Shown: positions 1 through 8,174 of the stretch, piece by piece
How the letters are laid out: each line of letters starts with the position of its first letter
How positions within the stretch are numbered: the stretch's first letter is position 1
Virus record (IMG/VR): IMGVR_UViG_3300020176_000008
Location: 32,608 to 96,607 of that record
Source: a virus
Strand: one strand, 5' to 3'
DNA length: 64,000 nucleotides
Translations under genes and position numbers: made by a program
Notes under the pieces: model-generated
Databases searched by the model: none
Seen by the model: the letters and a program-made list of their open reading frames with translations, nothing else
Told to the model about the DNA's origin: nothing

Positions 1-269
1 TCGATTTTATGTTTGCTCTTATTTCAACGGAGGAGCTCGAAAACCTGGGTCAACTTATGGTTAAGCAGCTTAAAAATCGTTACAATGATCCTTCTTATTA
101 CAAGCGCTTTGTTATCGGCGTGGATCGTTCTCGGATGAAATTATTCGATGTCGAAGATTCTGCACAAAAGAATATCTCAGATTCTGGACAAGTAAACGAT
201 ACACCAATCTTCGACAAGTCAGATTTTGGACAAAGAATGAAGTCAGTAGGCGAGGGATTTAAATATTAA
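1..269 (+). CDS. 41: Replicative DNA helicase gp41, C-terminal fragment (starts before window)
   Basis: KQLKNRYNDPSYYKRFVIGVDRSRMKLFDVE matches the C-terminal signature of T4-like gp41. Confidence 0.85.
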   Translation, partial: DFMFALISTEELENLGQLMVKQLKNRYNDPSYYKRFVIGVDRSRMKLFDVEDSAQKNISDSGQVNDTPIFDKSDFGQRMKSVGEGFKY

Positions 270-300
270 ATGTGGTATAATATATCTAAAGGAGATTGAT

Positions 301-498
301 ATGGGACCAGTGAGTGGATATTTCTCAGAACCAGGTACGTTAAACAGGACTAGCGAAGTCTTCGATAACATGGATGGTTCATATGTTGTTATGATGTATG
401 AAGGAACTGATCTTCGCGAAGAGCGAATCATTGAAGGACATACATTGGATTATGCAGAAGACTGCGCAGAAAATTGGGTATTAGGAGTTATTAAATGA
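301..498 (+). CDS. Hypothetical protein
   Basis: GGAG RBS upstream, stop overlaps next start. Confidence 0.6.
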   Translation: MGPVSGYFSEPGTLNRTSEVFDNMDGSYVVMMYEGTDLREERIIEGHTLDYAEDCAENWVLGVIK

Positions 499-917
499 GT
501 GTGAATTTGATTGAAGATATGGCGCATATGCACGACCACTATGGAGTACATACTGCAATTGAGAAGTTAACTGCAGAACAGTTAAAAACGTTCCTTAAAT
601 TTCGTATTGACTTTTTGCAAGAAGAGTTGGATGAGATGAATAAGGCTTATAATGAGGGCGGTGAAAGTGCAGCTGATGATACAGTTGATGCTTTGATTGA
701 TTTGGCTGTGGTTGCATTGGGTACACTTGATGCATTCCGAGTGAATGGTTATGAAGCATGGAACCGTGTTTATAAAGCAAATATGTCCAAAGTTGTTGGT
801 ATTAAAGAAAGTCGTCCTAATCCTCTAGGACTTCCAGACTTGATCAAGCCAGAAGGTTGGACTGCTCCGACTCATGTAGATAATGTTGGTTTATTGGAAC
901 AGGTATTTACAAAATGA
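495..917 (+). CDS. MazG-like / all-alpha NTP pyrophosphohydrolase
   Basis: EELDE...VDALIDLAVVALG...AWNRVYKANMSK...KPEGW motifs. Confidence 0.8.
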   Translation: MSVNLIEDMAHMHDHYGVHTAIEKLTAEQLKTFLKFRIDFLQEELDEMNKAYNEGGESAADDTVDALIDLAVVALGTLDAFRVNGYEAWNRVYKANMSKVVGIKESRPNPLGLPDLIKPEGWTAPTHVDNVGLLEQVFTK

Positions 918-1885
918 TTGGTTTCACGGTTTTCAAATCTATCTTTGATAACAAGACTGACGTAAGTGTCGACTTTGATAGCTTCGATAAGTTTGAAACT
1001 GCTTTATACCACTTGGCAACTAAGCCAGGTTATAAAGCACGGAAAGGCGAGTATACCCCGAAAGGGGTTACTCCTTCTCCGCTGATATCTCCTGCAGTTT
1101 ACAAAGAAGGAACCACCCGCGCCAACGCTAATGTAATTAAGTGGGCAGGTTGGGCCGCGGTAGATGTCGACCAAGCAGTGTTTGAGGGAAATCTAAAAGA
1201 CGAGTTGCAGAAACGTTATGGTAACTGGCGTTATGTTTGTTATTCTACCGCCAGTAGTACGAATGAGCATCCTAAGTTTAGACTCGTCTTCCCTCTCTCC
1301 AGAGATATTCAGTCGAATGAAATCCGTCACTTCTGGTTTGCACTCAATACAGAACTTGAGTCAATTGGAGATCTACAAACAAAAGATCTTAGTAGAATGT
1401 ATTATGTTCCTGCTAAGTATCCTAATGCCAATAATTTCATTTTTAGTAATCCTGGCACTAATATTGAAGTAGATAGTCTTTTAGCAAAGCACGAGTATAC
1501 GGAACGTACTGGAGATTCTTTCATGGATCGTCTACCAGAGTCTATGCAGAAAGAAGTGGTTGCATATCGCCAGAATAAACTTCGCGAGAGTTCACGAAGT
1601 TTCCATTGGACTTCATACTCAGATTGCCCATTCATTAATCATCGTTTGATCGGTGATTATAAGGCAATTGCACGTACCGATGGTTCTGGTAGATACTCTA
1701 TGATTTACAAGATCATGACGTCGATTGCATGTAATGCGGTTCGTCAAGGTTATGCAATCACAGAGTCTGAAATCTCCCAATTGATCCTCCAGTTAGATCG
1801 TGAGACCAGTAATATATACCAAAAACGACCATTGACCACAGAAGCTTCCAGAGCCATAGAATACGCATACAAAACTGCAATGTAA
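914..1885 (+). CDS. Primase/polymerase-like (AEP/PrimPol-type) protein
   Basis: AVDVD acidic motif, YSTASSTNEHPKFRLVFPLSR, DLSRMYYVP. Confidence 0.55.
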   Translation: MIGFTVFKSIFDNKTDVSVDFDSFDKFETALYHLATKPGYKARKGEYTPKGVTPSPLISPAVYKEGTTRANANVIKWAGWAAVDVDQAVFEGNLKDELQKRYGNWRYVCYSTASSTNEHPKFRLVFPLSRDIQSNEIRHFWFALNTELESIGDLQTKDLSRMYYVPAKYPNANNFIFSNPGTNIEVDSLLAKHEYTERTGDSFMDRLPESMQKEVVAYRQNKLRESSRSFHWTSYSDCPFINHRLIGDYKAIARTDGSGRYSMIYKIMTSIACNAVRQGYAITESEISQLILQLDRETSNIYQKRPLTTEASRAIEYAYKTAM

Positions 1886-1929
1886 TACTTTAGTACTATA
1901 TGTACAACAATTCGAACTTATAGTATAAT
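1883..1929 (+). promoter_or_regulatory. Early-type promoter with upstream 16-bp palindrome
   Basis: TAATACTTTAGTACTA (1883-1898), TGTACA (1901-1906), 17 nt, TATAAT (1924-1929). Confidence 0.8.
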
Positions 1930-1935
1930 ATACCT

Positions 1936-2199
1936 ATGATTGACCAAAACAAAGCTGAACAAATCCTCCAAGCACTATTCGACCATGAAGTTATGAGTGA
2001 ACACGATTTAGAAAATTTATCGTTTCTATTATCGTCTTCAGAAGAAACTTTATTAGATTGGTATAGCAAAGTGGATGAAGAAGACTTACGCTATGCTAGC
2101 ACTATTTTGAATATTGCCCATAACTTCTTTAGCGACAATGCCGTGGCGATCGATACTACACAAGCAAATCAGATTTTGAAAAAGTATATGTATGATTGA
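1936..2199 (+). CDS. Hypothetical protein
   Basis: First ORF after promoter, overlaps next start. Confidence 0.6.
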   Translation: MIDQNKAEQILQALFDHEVMSEHDLENLSFLLSSSEETLLDWYSKVDEEDLRYASTILNIAHNFFSDNAVAIDTTQANQILKKYMYD

Positions 2200-2746
2200 A
2201 ATTGCGCAAAAGCTAAAAGACTCCGGAACAGTACGGATCCCCAAAGAAGAGATAGAAGACGATATAGCCTCAATGGCTGTGGCGATCTTTAGTCGTGGTG
2301 CAGATTCTAGAACGCAAGAAGAAGTCTTCCGAGACTGTAAACGTATTGCGATCGAGTTTGCTTTAGTAAAAGTTCTAGGCGGTGAACGTAACCCCAAAGA
2401 GTTTAACTTTAGAGACAAAGACTCGTATATTTGGGACGTTAAGGTTGACGGTAAGAAGTTTGAAGTAAAGCGACATAAAACCGGCGCTAAATACTTTACC
2501 TACTCTGGCAAGAAAATCGGCACATACATCAAAAACTGTATGGACATTGATTATCTAGTCACGGCTTATATGGATGAATCGGATGATAACTATATTATCG
2601 ACTTTGCCATGATTGTGGATTCGAAGAAGTTTGAATTCTATTTTCAGAAAAGTCAGTATAATAGTTCATACTATTACGATCATCGTATAGCGACCAAAAC
2701 CGGCGATTGTGTAGCCTTTGGTCTAAGAGATGCAACAATTTATTAA
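2192..2746 (+). CDS. denB: DenB (endonuclease IV)-like dC-specific nuclease
   Basis: QEEVFRDCKRIAIEF...SYIWDV...FEVKRH...KSQYN parallels T4 DenB (recalled as AEVIERCRIAVYAEF...TYAWDV...VEVKTH...KSNYN); similar length. Confidence 0.65.
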   Translation: MIEIAQKLKDSGTVRIPKEEIEDDIASMAVAIFSRGADSRTQEEVFRDCKRIAIEFALVKVLGGERNPKEFNFRDKDSYIWDVKVDGKKFEVKRHKTGAKYFTYSGKKIGTYIKNCMDIDYLVTAYMDESDDNYIIDFAMIVDSKKFEFYFQKSQYNSSYYYDHRIATKTGDCVAFGLRDATIY

Positions 2747-2755
2747 GAGGTGAAC

Positions 2756-3112
2756 ATGACACAATATACACGAGCATCAGCAAATATTCTTCTTGAGGCA
2801 GCAGAACTTCAAGAACGTAAAGGATTAGATTATAATAATCCCAATTCCTCAGTACAACAAGCAGACTATTATCCGCGTGGAGTGTGGTCTGTTATGGATA
2901 TTATTAACGCTAAATATCTTCGCATGGTATCTGTTCTAGAGACTATGGAACAAGGCGGGAAAGCTAACTTTGAATCTATTGAAGATTCTGCATTAGATTT
3001 GATTAATTATGCATCGTTCCTTGCAGCATATATGCGTGGGCAGATTCCAGGTCAAGATGTGTCAAAGAAAGATATATTTGGCCGCAAAGTGATTAAAGGA
3101 GAAAATAAATGA
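2756..3112 (+). CDS. Nucleotide-modification-associated helical domain protein (DUF1599/Nmad-like)
   Basis: ERKGLDY...KYLRM...ESIEDSALDLINYA; abuts the thymidylate-synthase-family gene. Confidence 0.55.
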   Translation: MTQYTRASANILLEAAELQERKGLDYNNPNSSVQQADYYPRGVWSVMDIINAKYLRMVSVLETMEQGGKANFESIEDSALDLINYASFLAAYMRGQIPGQDVSKKDIFGRKVIKGENK

Positions 3113-3786
3113 TTCGAGTAGAAGATATACGTACAGAATTTAATAATGCATTACTTGCAGAACAATTTACAGTAGATCGTAATACAGGAGTTCGAACGAT
3201 TGAGTTGTTGAATGCAACCTTTATTGCAGATGAAGATAAAATTTTTGGTACAGTCAATCAAGAATACGTAGAAAAAGAACTGAGCTGGTATCGTTCAATG
3301 TCTCTCAATGTTAATGACATTGAAGGCGGACCACCTGCCGTATGGGCGCAAGTTGCAGATCCAGACGGATTTATTAATTCTAACTATGGATGGTGTATTT
3401 ACTCTGAAGAGAATGGTTATCAGTTTAAACATGTGTTAGAAGAATTAGCACGTGATCCCAATTCTCGACGTGCTAATATGATCTATACTCGTCCTTCAAT
3501 GCATACTGATTATAATAAGAACGGTATGTCCGATTTCATGTGCACAAATAACGTACAATATGTTCTTCGGAATGGCCAACTGCATGCGATGGTGTATATG
3601 CGCAGTAACGATGCAATTTACGGTTATAAGAATGACTACGCATGGCAAAAGTTTGTACAAGCCCAATTGTTAATCGGACTTAATGCACGAACTTCGTCAT
3701 CATATGGTTTAGGCCGTATTATGTGGAATGCTGGTTCTCTGCACATATATGATCGCCACTGGCACTTGATTAAAAAAGAAGCATGA
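3109..3786 (+). CDS. 42: dCMP hydroxymethylase (thymidylate synthase family)
   Basis: INSNYGW, SRRANMIYTRPSM, GMSDFMCTN, MRSNDAIYGYKNDYAWQ, WNAGSLHIY nearly identical to T4 gp42; Asp in KNDYAW is the dCMP-type residue. Confidence 0.92.
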   Translation: MIRVEDIRTEFNNALLAEQFTVDRNTGVRTIELLNATFIADEDKIFGTVNQEYVEKELSWYRSMSLNVNDIEGGPPAVWAQVADPDGFINSNYGWCIYSEENGYQFKHVLEELARDPNSRRANMIYTRPSMHTDYNKNGMSDFMCTNNVQYVLRNGQLHAMVYMRSNDAIYGYKNDYAWQKFVQAQLLIGLNARTSSSYGLGRIMWNAGSLHIYDRHWHLIKKEA

Positions 3787-4238
3787 ATTCGAAACGACAA
3801 ACAAATAAATGGAATAACAGATATATTTCATTAGCCAAGGAAATTTCTGCTTGGAGTAAAGATCCAAGCAGAAAGATTGGTGCAGTTGCAATTGGAGAAA
3901 AGGGACAAGTTTTGTCTCAGGGATATAACGGATTTCCCCGTGGAATATTTGATTATGAATCTCGGTACTCGAACAGAGAGACTAAATATCAATACGTAGT
4001 TCACGCTGAAATGAATTGCATTTATAATGCAACTTATAACGGAGTATCTTTGGCAGACTCTTCTCTTTTTGTGTGGGGATTGCCTGCATGTTCTGAGTGT
4101 GCTAAAGGGATCATTCAAGTAGGTATTAAGAAAGTTTACTGGTCTACTGATGAAGTGATTCCTGATATATGGGAAAAATCGTTAAAGCTTTCTGAAAATA
4201 TGTTTAAAGAATCAGGCGTAGATATTATTAAGTTATGA
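3783..4238 (+). CDS. cd: dCMP deaminase
   Basis: SKDPSRKIGAV, GYNGFPRG, VVHAEMN, PACSECAK zinc motifs. Confidence 0.93.
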   Translation: MNSKRQTNKWNNRYISLAKEISAWSKDPSRKIGAVAIGEKGQVLSQGYNGFPRGIFDYESRYSNRETKYQYVVHAEMNCIYNATYNGVSLADSSLFVWGLPACSECAKGIIQVGIKKVYWSTDEVIPDIWEKSLKLSENMFKESGVDIIKL

Positions 4239-5386
4239 ACATTGAACCAACCAAACATTATGAAGAGTATCTGCGATACTTTGAGTTAGCCACTAAACAA
4301 CAAGAACTTTGTAACTTTGGTTGGTTACCTCATAGTGAGTCGAACATGGGTGATAGCCTAATGGAAAACGTTGAGCTATACGATGTGGTAGAACGTAAGT
4401 ACGCAGGATTCTCTCAGATCATCAACGATTGCTTTTACGGTTGGACTGAAGAACACCCATACTGGAAAAAGATGGAAAGTGGCAATGCCACCATCCAACG
4501 TCAAATTGTTGCTAAAGACTGGACTGGAAAACATTCAGACTTTAAATTGGCGGAATGGCTCTATCTATTCATTTTACATCGTGTAACTGGTTCTGCAATT
4601 AACTACGCAACTAAACCATCAGGCTATCATAATACTATTATTTTCCATCTTCATGAATGTCGGACCATTGAAGATATGACGAGGATCGTGAGGATCTATC
4701 ACAAGCCTTTCTATACTTCGGTTGGATACCAGTTTCCGGCATTCCCTAAACCACCAGAAGGTGGTGATTACAAACGAGGCGGTGATTACTACCTCTGTGA
4801 ATATGCTCCACGACTTGCACGTGAAATGGCTGAATGGTTGGAAAAAGGTGGTAAGCGAGATCTACGTGAACTAGGTGGGTTTATGCTCGATTGGAATAAG
4901 AAGAATGGTTTGCGCCAATACTTCTTTCAGTACGCAGCAACAGTTGCAGATATTGCCGATTGGTTCCCTCAGTATGTAAATCGCGACTCTATGTTCTACT
5001 ACGGAACCAATGCTCGTGAATGTATTTCTTATTTGGCAACTCCAACCAAGAAGATGAATCAGGACCAATTCCTTGATGAGGTCATGCAACAAATCTACTT
5101 GGATACAGGATCGTTTCCATATAATGCAGAAGACGTGTGTTGTGATTACATCCGATGGGTAGAGAACTATATTCGACCTGGAGCAGCGTATAACCATTTG
5201 GACTTTGATAAGGTGTGGTCTTCATGCAAGATTAAAGATCATCCATTTGGTAGACAAGAGGCTATGTTACAATTAGGATTGGTAGATACATTCAATGGTA
5301 TCACTAAACACCCATCCGATGATTATATTATTAAGAAGGCCGGTTTAACGGTAGAAGAATACAAAGCAAAATGTCAAAGCCTGTAA
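4235..5386 (+). CDS. Putative aGPT-Pplase / amino-acid:DNA transferase-like base-hypermodification enzyme
   Basis: D.L....LYDVVERK, LFILHR and AEDVCCDYIRW resemble the family motifs (DPIL...FCNV.R, ILFR, IEH.LCE..KY); translationally coupled in the modification operon. Confidence 0.5.
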   Translation: MNIEPTKHYEEYLRYFELATKQQELCNFGWLPHSESNMGDSLMENVELYDVVERKYAGFSQIINDCFYGWTEEHPYWKKMESGNATIQRQIVAKDWTGKHSDFKLAEWLYLFILHRVTGSAINYATKPSGYHNTIIFHLHECRTIEDMTRIVRIYHKPFYTSVGYQFPAFPKPPEGGDYKRGGDYYLCEYAPRLAREMAEWLEKGGKRDLRELGGFMLDWNKKNGLRQYFFQYAATVADIADWFPQYVNRDSMFYYGTNARECISYLATPTKKMNQDQFLDEVMQQIYLDTGSFPYNAEDVCCDYIRWVENYIRPGAAYNHLDFDKVWSSCKIKDHPFGRQEAMLQLGLVDTFNGITKHPSDDYIIKKAGLTVEEYKAKCQSL

Positions 5387-6366
5387 TTACAAATCCTATT
5401 AGCAATATTCCCAAGCTTGCAAACTCCCACGTACGGGGATGGTCACAGGTGTGGGCGGAACAGCTTAACGCTGAAGTGGATCATAAGTGTTCCACCAACA
5501 TACTTAACGGATCGTTAGTGTACATCGAGCATGGTGTAAACTTTGGTGGAACACTTAATCTATTTGGCGGTGCGGGCCAAGATATTTTTGAGAAAATCGA
5601 TCGTGTTATGCAATGTAAGAATGTTGTATCACTAGATTTCGACATGCCCAATTGGGGTGAACAACTGCGTAAACGTATCGGAAATGCAACTACATATGAT
5701 GGAATCACTGAAAAGTGGTGTGATATGCTATCTAGTTGGTGTACATCAAACGTACCATCTCTAAAGCAAGAAAATATCGATTGGCTCAATGACATTTCGG
5801 TGGGTGACAGTCATACTCCTGCTTTTTCTCAGGCAAATGATGTGGTGTTACGTACTAACGGCAAAACATTGTTTGGTACATTAAAGAACGGTCTTAAGAA
5901 TGAATTCCGTGGAATGACACCTAAAGGACAGATCACATTTAGTCTTGGTTCCATTGATATCCGTCATCACTTGCTTCGTCATGACGATAATCTAGATAAT
6001 ATGATATCAGAGTATGTTGCACAAGGCCAGGAACTTGAGCGTGAATATGGGGTGGATGTATATTACGGAGCACCAGTGCCTGTCGAATATGAGGATAGGA
6101 AGCTTCCTAAGTCTGGATATTTCAAAGGTACTCCATTTTTTGGATCACGTGATGATCGGATCCGACTTACGCTTAGGTTTATTGAACTACTAAATACACA
6201 TAGTGGAAACAAGGTTATAATGCCCCCAGAGGAGTGGTACCATATGGATGGTGAGAAGTATGCCAAGATGCATATGGAAGCCAGTTCTAGTGTTCATATA
6301 TCGCCAGAGTATTATAGGCGATATAATTGGGGCAAACAAGACTCCCTCGAGGGGTTTTTCAATTAA
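5371..6366 (+). CDS. SGNH/GDSL-like hydrolase or acyltransferase
   Basis: VGDSHT (block I), LGSIDIR (block III-like), SSVHISP (block V-like). Confidence 0.45.
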   Translation: MSKPVITNPISNIPKLANSHVRGWSQVWAEQLNAEVDHKCSTNILNGSLVYIEHGVNFGGTLNLFGGAGQDIFEKIDRVMQCKNVVSLDFDMPNWGEQLRKRIGNATTYDGITEKWCDMLSSWCTSNVPSLKQENIDWLNDISVGDSHTPAFSQANDVVLRTNGKTLFGTLKNGLKNEFRGMTPKGQITFSLGSIDIRHHLLRHDDNLDNMISEYVAQGQELEREYGVDVYYGAPVPVEYEDRKLPKSGYFKGTPFFGSRDDRIRLTLRFIELLNTHSGNKVIMPPEEWYHMDGEKYAKMHMEASSSVHISPEYYRRYNWGKQDSLEGFFN

Positions 6367-6370
6367 ACTC

Positions 6371-6394
6371 AGGGACCACTAGGTCCCTTTTTTT
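6371..6394 (+). terminator. Rho-independent terminator
   Basis: AGGGACC-ACTA-GGTCCCT followed by T tract. Confidence 0.9.
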
Positions 6395-6401
6395 ATAAAT
6401 A
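6394..6401 (+). promoter_or_regulatory. T4-type late promoter
   Basis: TATAAATA in intergenic DNA right after the terminator. Confidence 0.8.
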
Positions 6402-6427
6402 GAATATAGTTATTATCGGAGTAATAT

Positions 6428-7171
6428 ATGGCCGCTCAACAAGGCTTCCAATACGAAATAAATGCAAGTAATATGCTTAAACCAATGGGCTTCGTGCCTA
6501 AATCGTTTAAGCCTGCAGGCGCTGGTCATGACCAGCCTGACTTAATGCTCTTGCATAAAAAGAAAGAAGCCGGGTGTGAGCTTAAGATTACTGCTGCATC
6601 AGCAGGTTCATTGGTCATAAAATACGATTCTAAAGATAAGAGAAACCCTTGGAAGTTCGGTGATATTAAAGCCGACGAGGATGAGAAAAGGTTCATTGCT
6701 GATCTTGCTAAAGAGGTTAAGTTGTTTGACCTTATCAAAAAGCAATGGAAAGAAAAACCGTATAAAAGAGATAAAGACGTTGAATGGAATGCAACTGCTG
6801 GTAAGATGACTCCTAAACAAAGATATGAAAGAGATCGTGATACCTTTGCCGATATCCGTGGTGAAATTCCTGCAACGAAAATAGAGCAGTATTATAATCG
6901 TAAAGATACACACTATGTCAATGTTGGCACGCATGGTTTCTATTTAATGGGAAAGGCAAACCCTCTGAAATTAAAAGGTGTTCCTACATTCGGTGCTTCT
7001 GCAAAGGCTACGTATAGAGCCCGTGTTCAATACAAGGGCTCTGGAAATTATCAGTTTACGTTTGAAATGCAATTTAGTATGAAATCTAAATCTCCATACA
7101 ACATTGCTCCAGTTGATGGAAAGAGCGTTACTATTTTAAAAGATAAATTAAACCTGGGATGTTTTGTATAA
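6428..7171 (+). CDS. PD-(D/E)XK nuclease-like protein
   Basis: QPDLML...GCELK catalytic-type motif with an upstream Glu (FQYE). Confidence 0.5.
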   Translation: MAAQQGFQYEINASNMLKPMGFVPKSFKPAGAGHDQPDLMLLHKKKEAGCELKITAASAGSLVIKYDSKDKRNPWKFGDIKADEDEKRFIADLAKEVKLFDLIKKQWKEKPYKRDKDVEWNATAGKMTPKQRYERDRDTFADIRGEIPATKIEQYYNRKDTHYVNVGTHGFYLMGKANPLKLKGVPTFGASAKATYRARVQYKGSGNYQFTFEMQFSMKSKSPYNIAPVDGKSVTILKDKLNLGCFV

Positions 7172-8122
7172 ATGAAAAACTTTATAGACTTTTTAACTGA
7201 AGCCTCTGGTAGTTCTTCTAATGAACACTTTGGCGTTGCATATGAAACTGCAACAGCGATGCATTTGCATCATATGACTGGTTCTAAGACTAACAACGAT
7301 CCAGAACATAAAAAACGAATGCAAGAGATTGGATCGAAGGGTAAAGCTGCTTTTGACAAGCTTCCTGATCATCTAAAGAGTCGTGCTTTGCAATCAGCTA
7401 AAGCATCCGCCGAGTCTTATATTGAAAGTCTTAAAAAGAATCACAAGATTAATCCTGCTGATATTCATGAAGTTCATCATACTTCAAAGGGAATCGATCA
7501 TTTGATTAATGCTAAAGCTGATCGTATTCAAAACCCGCATGACGTTGTTGTTAAGACTAAAGATGGAAAACTACATGGAGCGTCTTTAAAGGCAACGCAA
7601 GGTACTCTAAGTAATAACGGTATCGGTACTTTCGACAGTCAGAATAAAGGTCATATTAAAACTGAGGTTGGCTCTATATGGGCAAAAGGTAAAAAGAAAG
7701 CCGGCTTAGAAGGCAAGAGCGGAGCAGAAATTAAAGCCGTACGTAATGATCCTAAAGTAAAAGCTGCAAATAAAGAAACACAGGCAGAGGCTGCAGCACA
7801 CCATAGTAAACAGTTCAACAAGGCTTCTATTGAAGATCAACGTAAGCATCTACGTTATATTATGAAATCTGAAAAACCTGCAGTACCATATGACTACGTC
7901 AATGGAGAAAAGAACAAGTCAGTTCCTAGCCATCAACTTGATCACGCTCAAGCTATTGAGAAGTCTAAGAAGTTTGAAATGCGTCATACCGCCGGAAGTA
8001 ATCTAGTTAAGATCCACGACGACGAAGGTAGACACGTGGCAACAGTTGAACACAGACCGACTCATGGTGCATTCTCTGGAGTACAAGTTAATACTAAAAT
8101 TGGTACTATGAAGGCAAGTTAA
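7172..8122 (+). CDS. Putative internal head protein with restriction-endonuclease-like motif
   Basis: N-terminus MKNFIDFLTE (capsid-targeting-like); YETATA...PHDVVV...ASLK. Confidence 0.45.
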   Translation: MKNFIDFLTEASGSSSNEHFGVAYETATAMHLHHMTGSKTNNDPEHKKRMQEIGSKGKAAFDKLPDHLKSRALQSAKASAESYIESLKKNHKINPADIHEVHHTSKGIDHLINAKADRIQNPHDVVVKTKDGKLHGASLKATQGTLSNNGIGTFDSQNKGHIKTEVGSIWAKGKKKAGLEGKSGAEIKAVRNDPKVKAANKETQAEAAAHHSKQFNKASIEDQRKHLRYIMKSEKPAVPYDYVNGEKNKSVPSHQLDHAQAIEKSKKFEMRHTAGSNLVKIHDDEGRHVATVEHRPTHGAFSGVQVNTKIGTMKAS

Positions 8123-8166
8123 TACTTTAGTATTATATGTACAACAAATCGAAGATATGGTATAAT
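8120..8166 (+). promoter_or_regulatory. Early-type promoter with upstream palindrome
   Basis: TAATACTTTAGTATTA, TGTACA (8138-8143), 17 nt, TATAAT (8161-8166). Confidence 0.8.
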
Positions 8167-8174
8167 ATTAATAT

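Noticed and set aside
3109-3786. Calling this gene thyA
   Set aside because: It matches gp42 motifs and has the dCMP-type Asp; ThyX at 18787 covers dTMP synthesis
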